Of a DNA stretch of 64,000 nt, positions 8,024 to 17,414 are shown in pieces. The notes beneath the pieces were generated by a model, which was given only the letters and a program-made list of their open reading frames with translations, searched no databases and was not told the DNA's origin. The first letter of the stretch is position 1. Each line of letters begins with the position of its first letter. The DNA comes from Candidatus Latescibacterota bacterium. Its GTDB lineage: Bacteria > Latescibacterota > UBA2968. A program made the position numbers and the translations under genes. Where the stretch lies: contig OZ240241.1 in NCBI GenBank assembly GCA_965198115.1, positions 38,323-102,322 on the forward strand, given 5' to 3'.

Positions 8024-10405
8024 ATGATTAAAACATACTTTGCGCTGTGGATCCGAAACATTCGCAGGGACAGTCTGCAATCAGCAGTGAATATCTTCGG
8101 CTTATCGCTAGGAATGGCCTGCTGTATTCTGATTTTGTTGTACGTTCAGAGTGAGTCGAGCTACGATCAAAGTCACCATAGTGGGGATAGGATTTTTCGT
8201 CTTGCGCAAGAGGTCGAGATTTCGGGAAGGACAAGATCTGTCGCTATTACGACCTATCCTATGGGCGAAGCATTAGTAGAAGAATACCCTGAGGTTTCAG
8301 AAATCGTCAGATTTAGAAAGGACGATGGAAGGACTCTTGTGGAGATCGGGAAAGACCGGTTCTTCGAGACAGGCGTATTGTTTGTGGAGCCGAATGTCTT
8401 TAGAGTCTTCGACTTTCCTTTAGCAAGTGGGGATGCGCATGATGCGCTACGTAACCCGAGTTCCGTGGTCATTGCAGAACACAGAGCTAAGAAGTACTTC
8501 GGGTCAACGAATGACGCATTGGGGCAGTCCCTAGTTATTGGCGGCGAATCCTACCAGATTTCAGGCGTAGCGGCGGATACGCCCGCGAAGAGCCACATCG
8601 AGTTTAATTTTCTGATTCCACTGTTGGAGGGTCGAGGGTGGTTGGATTTCAGGTACAAGTACTACACCTACATAGTCTTGGAGACGGAATCTTCGGATAA
8701 AGAGCTTAACGCAAAGCTGCCCGAATTCATCGAAAGACATCTTGGCGATCAACTACGAGCGGGGAGAATGGAACTTTCGCTCTTTCTGCAGAAGGTGACA
8801 GATATACATCTTCATTCGAACCTTGAGTACGAGATCAGCGGAAATGGTGACATACGTAGGCTTAGGATTTTTGCGGCTGTAGCAATCATGGTGCTTCTAC
8901 TTGCTTGCTTCAACTATGTGAACCTATCAACTGCGCGCGCTGAGAGGCGTTTGAGAGAAATCGGGCTTCGAAAGACCGTAGGGGGAGGTCGTTCACAAAT
9001 CTTTGGGCAGCTCCTTGGTGAGTCGTTCTTCCAGGCGTTGCTTGCTATGATGATCTCATTGCTATTGGTTGAGGGGGCAATTGGGGAATGGGGTGGTCTG
9101 CTTGATCTTAGGGTGACCTCTCCTTGGGGAGGGAGCTGGGCTGCGTGGCTAGTACCTCTTGGAGTTGGGCTGTTTTCGGGAATTCTCTCGGGAAGCTACC
9201 CAGCCGTTATCCTATCATCCGTTCGTCCCACCGAGGCTGTACTTGGATCATTTAAGACAAGATCAGCCTTACGCCGCATTCTTGTTGTTTTTCAGTTTGT
9301 CATCTCTGGAGTCCTCATGATTTGCACTTGTGCGGTGTATAATCAGTGGGAATTCATGCGGACGAAATCTCCAGGATTTCAAAAGGAGAACATAGTTGTT
9401 ATCCCTCTGGCAGGTAAAGATGACCGTGTAATTGATCAGTACAAGACAGCCATTCGAGCATACTCGCAGGTGATCAGCGCATCCGCATCCTCTATGGTTC
9501 CGGGTCGCGAGATTGCTAGTGGCCTTTTCCGGTCGTCCTCAGACAAGGAGAAGACCGAGCCACTCATGGTTAACTTGATTAACGTCGTAGATCACGAGTT
9601 GGTCGATACATACCGCTTCAGCGTTTTAAAAGGGAGAACGATGCGCGACACCGACCAAGGAGTGGTCTTCTTGATCAACGAATCTGCTCTGAGGATGTTT
9701 GGATGGAGTTCGATCGAAGGTCAGCAGCTGGAACAAGTCTATCCGGCGGGGGATGAGTTGAATGTCGAGGCTGTAGGGCCAGTGATAGGTGTTGTGGAGG
9801 ATTTCCACTACCAATCCCTACATCATCTCGTCGAGCCCCTAGTTGTTGCGAATCTCCAGGAATGGGTCCAGTACCTCTCGATTCGAATTACAGGAGATGA
9901 GTTTGGGCGTACGCTGGTTTACCTTAGCGACCAGTGGCGCACCATCTCGCCTGAAACTCCATTTGAGTATTTTCTTCTTGATGCCGATCTGGAAAAACTA
10001 TACCTCAAGGAGGAACGACAGAGCGCTATGCTCGGTGCATTCGCGGCAATTGCCATCATGTTGGCTGGCATGGGAATGTTCGGCCTAGTGTCGCAAACGA
10101 CTCGACAGAGGATCAGGGAAATCGGAATGCGCAAGGTGCTTGGCGCGAAAAACTGGCAGTGCGCAACAGTCCTGCTTGGAAGACTCCTGCTGCTCTTGGG
10201 GATTTCGAACGTGATCGCATTGCCCATAGCATACATCGCATTCCGCCAATGGGTGCGTGATTTTCCATATCAGACGGAGATAGGTTCTCTCCCGTTCCTC
10301 ATTGCGGCGGGTATGACTCTTCTAACCACGGTCGTCGCGATAGCCCACGAAATAAGCATTACCGCCCGAACAAGCCCGATTGCAGTATTGCGGCGGGCCG
10401 ATTGA
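8024..10405 (+). CDS. ABC transporter permease, MacB/FtsX type (two FtsX modules)
   Basis: 793 aa. The N-terminal MIKTYFALWIRNIRRDSLQSAVNIFGLSLGMACCILILLYV is the typical MacB-like start. Two four-helix membrane blocks surround large extracytoplasmic domains. REIGLRKTVGG and REIGMRKVLGA are the conserved FtsX loop motifs. No adjacent ATPase gene. Confidence 0.85.
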   Translation: MIKTYFALWIRNIRRDSLQSAVNIFGLSLGMACCILILLYVQSESSYDQSHHSGDRIFRLAQEVEISGRTRSVAITTYPMGEALVEEYPEVSEIVRFRKDDGRTLVEIGKDRFFETGVLFVEPNVFRVFDFPLASGDAHDALRNPSSVVIAEHRAKKYFGSTNDALGQSLVIGGESYQISGVAADTPAKSHIEFNFLIPLLEGRGWLDFRYKYYTYIVLETESSDKELNAKLPEFIERHLGDQLRAGRMELSLFLQKVTDIHLHSNLEYEISGNGDIRRLRIFAAVAIMVLLLACFNYVNLSTARAERRLREIGLRKTVGGGRSQIFGQLLGESFFQALLAMMISLLLVEGAIGEWGGLLDLRVTSPWGGSWAAWLVPLGVGLFSGILSGSYPAVILSSVRPTEAVLGSFKTRSALRRILVVFQFVISGVLMICTCAVYNQWEFMRTKSPGFQKENIVVIPLAGKDDRVIDQYKTAIRAYSQVISASASSMVPGREIASGLFRSSSDKEKTEPLMVNLINVVDHELVDTYRFSVLKGRTMRDTDQGVVFLINESALRMFGWSSIEGQQLEQVYPAGDELNVEAVGPVIGVVEDFHYQSLHHLVEPLVVANLQEWVQYLSIRITGDEFGRTLVYLSDQWRTISPETPFEYFLLDADLEKLYLKEERQSAMLGAFAAIAIMLAGMGMFGLVSQTTRQRIREIGMRKVLGAKNWQCATVLLGRLLLLLGISNVIALPIAYIAFRQWVRDFPYQTEIGSLPFLIAAGMTLLTTVVAIAHEISITARTSPIAVLRRAD

Positions 10406-10477
10406 GGGCGACGCTGTTCCTCCCAAGCGCATCCAGGACCCGGTGAGCAGAGACTGATTGAGAGTTGCAAGCCTATA

Positions 10478-11871
10478 GGTCAAGTCCCATAGTCAGTTGA
10501 AACTCATCGGGCCCCGTAGTTTGGTCAGGCTCTCTGCCGAGCATTCTGTTCGTTGTCGAGATTCAGATCTTTGTTCAGTGCTTGCCTGAGTAGGGGAAGA
10601 TGTTTGTATCCGCTCACGCGTCGCAGGCGAGGTTCGATGTCGAGGAGTGCGGCAGCCACCCATCTGTGTCTCTGGGGAGAGTTGTGTTCCAGCGTCTGAC
10701 CTTCCGAGTGAGCTCGCCGGTCATGCTGTTGAGGGCTTCGATGCAGTAGTTGGTGGTTCGGAAGCTTCGTTTCAGGAATGGGAGCATCCCCAGCCGGTGG
10801 AGGGTCAGGGTTTCCTCCTGGCCTTCCTCGAGGCTCGTTACGGCAGACTGATTCATCAGCCTCAGTTCGGGTTTAAGTGATTCGAGTGCGGCCTTTGCCT
10901 CCTCGTAGGTGTCGCAGTCATAGGCTTTCTGGAGCTTCCGTCGGATTCGCGGACGTTCTGGCCTCCGGGAGGTAGCTGACGACATTCTCGCGCTTGTGCC
11001 ACTGACAGCGATGCACGCGCACATATCCTTTGAGGGCTTTGGTGACGGCACTGCGGAGTCCCTTTGAGCCGTCAAGCACAACGAGGAGGCCTTGATCGTA
11101 GCACAGGCCTCTCCGGATGAGGTCCTGGATCAGCTGGCGGCAGATCCGTTCGTTCTCCGTCGCCGATTCGACGAAGCCCAGGGGGATCTTCTGGCCGTCC
11201 ATCGTGACCCCCAGAGCGATCACGATCTCTTCGTCGGCAAAGCTCTTTCCGTCAATGAACAGGGTCACGAAGCCGTAGTCGTCGAGGGGACGCTCCTGGA
11301 ACTGCTTCAGCTTCTTCGCGGTGGCTTTGATGAACCGCCGCGAGACGGAGGACGCTGAGATACCAAACGCTTCTGGAACCGATTCGGCACAGGCCTTGTA
11401 GTTGCGGCACGAGATCCCCTTTGAGAACACGAAGCAACAGCCCCTCGTCCGTCTTCTTGGGCGTCTGTAGAGCCCGGTGTGCAGCCAGGGAAACCTCTGC
11501 GTCGGCCTCGACGTCGCGCACCCGGGGAACGTCTAACGGGAGCTTCTGGTCCATCAGATACACGGATCCCTTATGGCTTCCCCACCGACGATGCGCCTGC
11601 TCCGAACCTTTGCGCGCATACCGAACGCCTGCGAGCTGCTCGACCTCCTGCTGGAGGAGGTCTGCCACTGCCTCCAGACCCAACGGGATCAACGCCTGGA
11701 TCACCGACAAACGCGTCTCCAAATCGATGACATCGCCCTCAACCTTGACTTCACCATCGCCTACAAATAGCTTCTCCATCTGGGCTCCTTTCTTACGGGT
11801 ATACGCTCCTACACGTCTACCCAACGTAAGTTTGGAGCCCTCTAAGTTTCAACTACGATAGGCACAACACC
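10478..11871 (-). mobile_element. IS256-b, copy B (inverted orientation)
   Basis: Same termini as 4214..5603 (GGTCAAGTCCCATAGTCAGTTGAAACT at 10478; ...AGTTTCAACTACGATAGGCACAACACC at 11871). The flanks AGCCTATA / AGCCCTATA form an imperfect TSD. Confidence 0.85.
10525..11824 (-). pseudogene. IS256-b transposase, multiply frameshifted
   Basis: Minus-strand ORFs 11252..11824, 10918..11430 and 10614..11081 together give the colinear transposase. It shares the AAAGGGG-run shift with copy A. It also has private indels: an extra C near SYLPE, and an extra AC near RRWN. Confidence 0.8.
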
Positions 11872-11944
11872 AGCCCTATAAAGAAGTTTGCAAAGTGACA
11901 GGCGCACCTTAGATTATAGCTGCATTTGCAATATGAAAATATAT

Positions 11945-13364
11945 GGCTATATTCGGATCTCTCAACTAGATGAAGTGGGTGAAGGTGCCGTGGTTCCTGG
12001 CATGGGGGCGCGGTTAGAGTGTGCGGAACCTCTTCGGAATCTGCTCAGGGATGTTTATGTCTCCGACGGTAAGGAAGATCATATCGTTGAATGCGTCGAG
12101 TGTGCGGAATCCGCTGGCTCGGTTCTTGACGATTTGGACGATTCGGTTGAGGCCTTCGGCGATGGCGTTGGTAAGACGCGTGTTCACGAATGCGAGGACG
12201 CCGAAGAAGTGCTGTCGCAGGGTCCTGACGAACTTTCGCAGGGGTTCAAGTCGACTTCTGAGTGCGGACGTCGTCCAGCATTTCAGGAAGCGTTCGGCAG
12301 CCCAGGGCGCTTTGTATTCCCAGAACTGCTCGAACTCGTCCTTGAGTCTCCAGGCTCTATAGATTCGGTAGTTCGCCTTCTCCAGTGCTTCGAGTGTCCG
12401 AGTATCCCCTCTGGAGCGTGTCGCTGAGTGCCGGTAGAGGAGCCATCGGAGGCCCTTCATGGCTTTGCGCTCATCCGGGGCAGCTTTACGCCACTGGTCC
12501 TTACGGACCTCGTCAACGGCGGCATTGAGAGCCTTGACGATGTGAAAGCGATCGAGGACCAGCTTGGCATTCGGACAGTGTTCCTGGATGGCTCCGATGT
12601 AAGCTTCGCTCATGTCGCAGCAGGCCCACTCGATCTTGGATCTCCGGTAGGGACTGAGAGCCTCTGTGAAGAACCGATCGATCGTTTTACGCGCCCTGCC
12701 GCGGCCAACCCACACCACGCAGGAGCGGTCCAGATCGTAAACGAGCGTGGCGTACCTGTGACGCTTGGCGTAGGAGATCTCGTCGATCCCGATGGTTTTG
12801 AGCCCTCGGATACGATGACCTTCACGAAGCCGTGTGATGGATCGGTGAAGGAGATCCGACAGCGTCGAGGCAGAGATGCGCAGTAACTCGGACGCCGCCT
12901 TCTGCGTCATGGTCTGGCAGTAGCGCAGCATGGCATACTCGAAGCGATACGTCACCCGAGAGAACCGCTCCGCCCACGGAATCTCCTCGACCACACGACC
13001 GTGGGTAGGACACCGAATCTCCCGAGGATGGTAGAGAAGCCAGACCCTCCACCCGCACACCGGAATGTCACGCCACCGACGCGGATGGGGCATTGTGCGG
13101 ACGATTTTACCTCGACGGCCGCACTCCGGACAACAACAACCATTCTTATGTGGCTTTACGGCGATGACGAAACAGCTTCTCCCCTCAAACCACCAGCTGA
13201 CAACACGGAACCCCTTGAATCTCAGCAGTTTCGATAGTAATCTGCTCCCGGTCATAGGTCGCACCCCCTTCGCTTTGATTGTCCTACACACACAACCAAG
13301 CGTAGGGAACGATCTATGACCTTGTCATTCTATAGTTTCACCGTTGAGAAACCCGGATAGAGCC
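11945..13364 (-). mobile_element. ISL3-family IS, copy B (1420 bp, intact)
   Basis: Same inverted-repeat ends. A perfect 8-bp TSD AAATATAT sits at 11937..11944 and 13365..13372. Confidence 0.9.
12014..13291 (-). CDS. ISL3-family transposase (425 aa)
   Basis: Has the N-terminal zinc-ribbon CCCPECG...CPTHG. The DDE region ...GIDEISYAKRHRYATLVYDL...WACCDMSEAYIGAI...LDRFHIVKALNAAVDEVR...GLNRIVQIVKNRASGFR is the characteristic ISL3 (DDE_Tnp_ISL3) pattern. Confidence 0.92.
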   Translation of the reverse strand: MCRTIKAKGVRPMTGSRLLSKLLRFKGFRVVSWWFEGRSCFVIAVKPHKNGCCCPECGRRGKIVRTMPHPRRWRDIPVCGWRVWLLYHPREIRCPTHGRVVEEIPWAERFSRVTYRFEYAMLRYCQTMTQKAASELLRISASTLSDLLHRSITRLREGHRIRGLKTIGIDEISYAKRHRYATLVYDLDRSCVVWVGRGRARKTIDRFFTEALSPYRRSKIEWACCDMSEAYIGAIQEHCPNAKLVLDRFHIVKALNAAVDEVRKDQWRKAAPDERKAMKGLRWLLYRHSATRSRGDTRTLEALEKANYRIYRAWRLKDEFEQFWEYKAPWAAERFLKCWTTSALRSRLEPLRKFVRTLRQHFFGVLAFVNTRLTNAIAEGLNRIVQIVKNRASGFRTLDAFNDMIFLTVGDINIPEQIPKRFRTL

Positions 13365-13479
13365 AAATATATGTACCCTCCTTGTATCATTCGGTTGAAG
13401 GAGTAGATAGCAGAGCCGTACTTCCGTCCTGATCGAGCGGGGAGCTGTTTCACTCATTTCGTATCAAGGAGAGACCGGT

Positions 13480-13623
13480 ATGAAAGTGCTCAAGAAGCCA
13501 GTAGTGGCGCCCAGTGAGCAGGAGCTGCTCTACGAGGCGCTGGATTGCACCGAGGAGTGCTGTAGAGGCGGATGTCGGGTCAGAATCTTCGACACCGATG
13601 ATACAGACGACATCCTCTTCTAA
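13480..13623 (+). CDS. 47-aa Cys-rich putative precursor peptide (not in ORF track)
   Basis: My own translation gives MKVLKKPVVAPSEQELLYEALDCTEECCRGGCRVRIFDTDDTDDILF*. AAGGAGAG sits 8 nt upstream of the ATG. The gene is co-directional with, and 295 bp upstream of, the radical SAM/SPASM gene. It has four Cys within 10 residues and an acidic D/T tail. Confidence 0.6.
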   Translation: MKVLKKPVVAPSEQELLYEALDCTEECCRGGCRVRIFDTDDTDDILF

Positions 13624-13918
13624 AGAACGGCAGTCAAGTTAGGAGTGCCTGAAGTTAGGAGACTCGTAAGCTCTAAAGTTGTAGGCCACAAAGCGGATCT
13701 CCTGATTAGGACAGAATCACCAAGATCTCCAGTATGGGATCAACTGTAGTGAATTAGCTGTTCTCGTCTCATGGGCAGAATGCGACCTAAGCATGAGGTC
13801 GCTTCGTGTGAGGGTCATCCGTGCGGCGTAAGAACTCAGACGAATCTCCACTCTTGAAATGAGAGTAGTTCCCCGTTCGATCAGGACAATCAAATCAGTC
13901 GTGTAGGAGGACTCTACG

Positions 13919-15421
13919 ATGAAATGCAGTGTGTACAACCTCATTATAGACCTTGGAGAAGACGATCGATACTTGCTCTTTAATACGCTTTCGGGAGCGC
14001 TGATTGAAGCAGAAGCCGATGTAGCACATATGCTAAAGAGACATATTGAGCCGACCCCAACTCCGAGATTGCAGCAGACCTTTTCAGAAAACAAACCAAT
14101 TCCTGAAAATGCTATCGCAGGCATTGACGAAGAACGTAGAGGGGTTTTGTCAGACTGTGGATTCTTGGTAGAAGACCAGAAGGATGAAGTCGCTGAAGTG
14201 AGGGAACTGGATGTCACCCGATTTGCGGCTAATCGAGATGCTGATCGGGGAACACTCTCGCTCACGATCCTGCCCAGTATTCGATGTAATTTCGAGTGCT
14301 TCTATTGCTTTGAACCGTTGTCCCTAAGGCAGCAAGATAGTTCGATGACTGAGGAGGTTCAGGACAAGCTATGTACATACGTTGCGGAGAAGCTTCCGCT
14401 GCCAGAAATCAGAAAACTTAGCACAACGTGGTACGGTGGAGAACCTCTTCTCTACCCTCAGATCGTCGATTCTCTGCAGCGACGGATGAACGCGATTGCG
14501 GATGCGGAAGGCGTAAATGTGAAGAGCTCCATCGTCACGAACGGGTTTCTCTTGAGCCGAGATAACAGCGATATGCTTGTGGAGAACGGCATCACGACCG
14601 CCCAGGTAACACTCGACGGCCCTGCCAAAATTCACAATAAGAGGCGGCTGTACACACCAGATAGAAACGCGAACTACGACACAATCCTTACCAATCTCGC
14701 TAATGCAAACCCCGAGATGGATGTCATCATCCGCGTCAATGTCGGATCACACAATTCTGAGACAATAGAAGAATTGGTAAACGATCTCACCGAAGCTCGA
14801 ATCTGGCCTTACCGACGGGGAATCGGTGTCTACTTGGCTCCCGTAACTGGAGGTAAAGACTCACTACCTCGAGGGGAATATCTATCCCTTGAAGATGATT
14901 TCCGACTGGATATGGTCCGCAAATTCAACGAGTTGACCGATGGACCTAGAGCGAAGCTCGAGTTCAAACTTCCTTCGCTCACTAACATTTCTCAATGCGG
15001 TCACATAGTGGACGAAAAACACATCTGGGTGGTTGATCGTGTGGGGGATGTTTTCCGGTGCTGGGATGTTCCTGGCCAGGAGAGTCATTGTGTTGGCACG
15101 TTGGATGACCTGATTCACGATAGGATCAACGGGCTCAATCGTTGGGTCATGAATCCAGAAATACGTGAGGAGACGGGATGCTATAAGTGCAAGATGGCCC
15201 CAGTATGTACTGTCCCCTGTCCCTCGCATTACTTCTCTGAATGGAAATCTGGCGAGTATCTCGGAAAATACGACGACGGAAATCCTTTTTGCTGCGATTG
15301 GAAATTCGGGATCGAGAACAGGCTAGCTTCCGAGTACAAGTTCTACTCTGAGTCTCCTGAGTTGGTCTATGGGTTTCCAGGTGAAGGTAGCACGGAGAAC
15401 TTACTCCAGATTGCTGACTAA
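13919..15421 (+). CDS. radical SAM / SPASM-domain peptide-modifying enzyme
   Basis: 500 aa. The CX3CX2C cluster lies in LTILPSIRCNFECFYCFEP (Cys123/127/130). The C-terminal SPASM signature is GCYKCKMAPVCTVPCP (CX2CX5CX3C), with upstream Cys residues (CGH...FRCWD...HC). The N-terminal ~100 aa (YLLFNTLSGALIEAEADVAHML) resembles the peptide-binding leader region of SPASM maturases. AGGAGG lies 8 nt upstream of the ATG. Confidence 0.88.
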   Translation: MKCSVYNLIIDLGEDDRYLLFNTLSGALIEAEADVAHMLKRHIEPTPTPRLQQTFSENKPIPENAIAGIDEERRGVLSDCGFLVEDQKDEVAEVRELDVTRFAANRDADRGTLSLTILPSIRCNFECFYCFEPLSLRQQDSSMTEEVQDKLCTYVAEKLPLPEIRKLSTTWYGGEPLLYPQIVDSLQRRMNAIADAEGVNVKSSIVTNGFLLSRDNSDMLVENGITTAQVTLDGPAKIHNKRRLYTPDRNANYDTILTNLANANPEMDVIIRVNVGSHNSETIEELVNDLTEARIWPYRRGIGVYLAPVTGGKDSLPRGEYLSLEDDFRLDMVRKFNELTDGPRAKLEFKLPSLTNISQCGHIVDEKHIWVVDRVGDVFRCWDVPGQESHCVGTLDDLIHDRINGLNRWVMNPEIREETGCYKCKMAPVCTVPCPSHYFSEWKSGEYLGKYDDGNPFCCDWKFGIENRLASEYKFYSESPELVYGFPGEGSTENLLQIAD

Positions 15422-15443
15422 GGCTGAACTGATTTCGGACTTT

Positions 15444-17357
15444 ATGAAGCTTCTGACGCCGATCTCTTTTCTGGGAAGCTGCGAAATGAAATTGCTGGGT
15501 CTGAGGTTTGTGCTTGTAGTATGGATCACTACTGCTTGCACATACGACGTTACCGCAGCAGAACCGTACGACCTAAGCTACAGCGTATTCGCCCAGGACT
15601 CCGTGCTGTACAGATGGAACACGTCGGAAGGAGTGGTAGATGGTATGCTGGTCCGCCACAGATTCCCTCCCTTGGAACTCTGGGAGACATACCTATCGGA
15701 GGGGCTAGAAGCTCAGGAATACACGGAGAACGTGGTCTTCGCCTCGCGGGATTCCTCTGTTTATGGATGTGGCTTTGGAATAGACTATCCAGTCCTCATA
15801 CCCCGGAACGTACATCCGTACCTGACGGCACGCATATACGCTGATGGGCTTGGGCCCATTAAAGTCTGGATCCAGCTCCAGAACGATTGGATTTCCGTTC
15901 CCAAGGTAATCTCCGCCAAGGGCTACGACAAGATTGAGATAGGCCTAGGTAAACTGATAGGTTCTAGTAGGAAAATTTCCGGCGTGAAGATGATCGCTGA
16001 ACGAAGGAGCTTGAATGGCAGACTCATCGTTGGGGCTGTTCAGGTGACGACGAGGAGATTCCTAAAATGGCGATTTGGGGATAGGAGACCCGTTCCTATC
16101 AGGGCCCCATTGGGTGGCAGAGGCCCATTCGAAAGCTGGCCTCAGTGGGTGGGGTCTTTCGGTGATGGACCGGCGTTGAGATTTGGTGGTGGAACTGTCC
16201 CGGCGATGGCCAACCTGATGTCTGATCTGTTAAGAAAGTATTCTCGATACAGCATGAAGGACGTTAGTGTGAGCCAGGTGCTACGCCAACACGAGCAGCT
16301 TCTGCGTCCAGATATTGGGATCATAGAGTATTTAGATGGGCTGGAAGAGATCCTCGTACCACTCGGTGATACTCATTTTCGAGTTAATAGACCGACCTAC
16401 AGACACAGTACAACTCAACTCAATGATGTTGTGAAGTTCTATAGAATTGACGGACGTGTTATCGTTTCCGCTGTCTTCAGTCCTCGTCTTCAAAAGGTGA
16501 TCTCGGAAGGCGACGAAGTCACTGCCGTTGACGAAATGCCCATTGAGGATCACATAACGACAAGAACTATGTCCCTGGCAGGATCTACGGATTGGATCCG
16601 GGACCGGATCGTGATCGAGCGGCTGCTGACCAAGGAGGACTCTGTCGCAACTACAAGGGTCACCTTTCGGCGACCAGATGGACAAGAGTATTCGATTGAA
16701 CACCATACGAGCGATAGTCTGATGAGAGTCATCCCAAAGAATTTTCTAAAGGGAAGGTTCCACTACAAAGAGTTGGGAGAGTTCGCATACATACGTATAG
16801 GCACCTGGAGCGAAAAGACCTGGCCGTTCTTCTACTCCTACATTGACCGACTGAAAGAGAGCAAGGGGCTAATTCTTGATCTGCGGAGTAATGGTGGAGG
16901 AGACCTTTCCTTCTGTAGAATCGCTTCGTGCTTTGTAGACAAGCCATCAGTGATTTTCTCCGTTTGCAACATCGAAGGTGAGGGGGTCGAATCCATTCTT
17001 TTAAGACCAGATCCCTTCTTCTTCTATCGTGGCCCGGTTGCTGTCCTAGTGGATACAAGAACCGGCTGTGCTTCAGAGTTATTCGTGAGTGCGATCAAAA
17101 GGTATCACAAGGACACCATAGTAGTCGGTCAGAGCCCGACAAGTGGCGCAGTCGGTTTCATCAGAACGATATCGCTTCCGGGAGGGAACGAGATCACCTT
17201 TCCTGAACCCGTTTTGGACGCCTACAGTCGTGATCTCGAAGGAGTTGGTGTACAACCAGATATGAAAGCCAGCTTCGAATCATACCGGGACCTTGCACCT
17301 TATGACGATTCGCTTCTCGATCTTGCTATAGAGGCTCTTGCTCATCGTGCTATGTGA
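15444..17357 (+). CDS. secreted S41-family (tail-specific / C-terminal processing type) peptidase
   Basis: LILDLRSNGGGD and TGCASELFVSAIK are the S41 hallmark motifs (DLR.N.GG and the catalytic Ser region). It has a hydrophobic signal-like segment, KLLGLRFVLVVWITTACTYDVTAA. The start is uncertain (15444 or 15486). The track start at 15369 overlaps the upstream gene, so I rejected it. Confidence 0.8.
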   Translation: MKLLTPISFLGSCEMKLLGLRFVLVVWITTACTYDVTAAEPYDLSYSVFAQDSVLYRWNTSEGVVDGMLVRHRFPPLELWETYLSEGLEAQEYTENVVFASRDSSVYGCGFGIDYPVLIPRNVHPYLTARIYADGLGPIKVWIQLQNDWISVPKVISAKGYDKIEIGLGKLIGSSRKISGVKMIAERRSLNGRLIVGAVQVTTRRFLKWRFGDRRPVPIRAPLGGRGPFESWPQWVGSFGDGPALRFGGGTVPAMANLMSDLLRKYSRYSMKDVSVSQVLRQHEQLLRPDIGIIEYLDGLEEILVPLGDTHFRVNRPTYRHSTTQLNDVVKFYRIDGRVIVSAVFSPRLQKVISEGDEVTAVDEMPIEDHITTRTMSLAGSTDWIRDRIVIERLLTKEDSVATTRVTFRRPDGQEYSIEHHTSDSLMRVIPKNFLKGRFHYKELGEFAYIRIGTWSEKTWPFFYSYIDRLKESKGLILDLRSNGGGDLSFCRIASCFVDKPSVIFSVCNIEGEGVESILLRPDPFFFYRGPVAVLVDTRTGCASELFVSAIKRYHKDTIVVGQSPTSGAVGFIRTISLPGGNEITFPEPVLDAYSRDLEGVGVQPDMKASFESYRDLAPYDDSLLDLAIEALAHRAM

Positions 17358-17414
17358 CATCGGGAAGTTAAGGGTTACACATAGTGAAAATCTCGGAGTC
17401 GAAGGGACCGGCAC

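Noticed and set aside
13771-13857. 28-aa ORF (MGRMRPKHEVASCEGHPCGVRTQTNLHS) between the precursor and the rSAM gene
   Set aside because: It has no RBS and an arbitrary frame. I kept it only as a note in case orthologous loci show conservation.
13717-14265. 182-aa minus-strand ORF overlapping the 5' end of the radical SAM gene
   Set aside because: It is Ser/Leu-rich and low in complexity, has no RBS, and is antisense to a gene with clear motifs. Its upstream part also covers the non-coding spacer.
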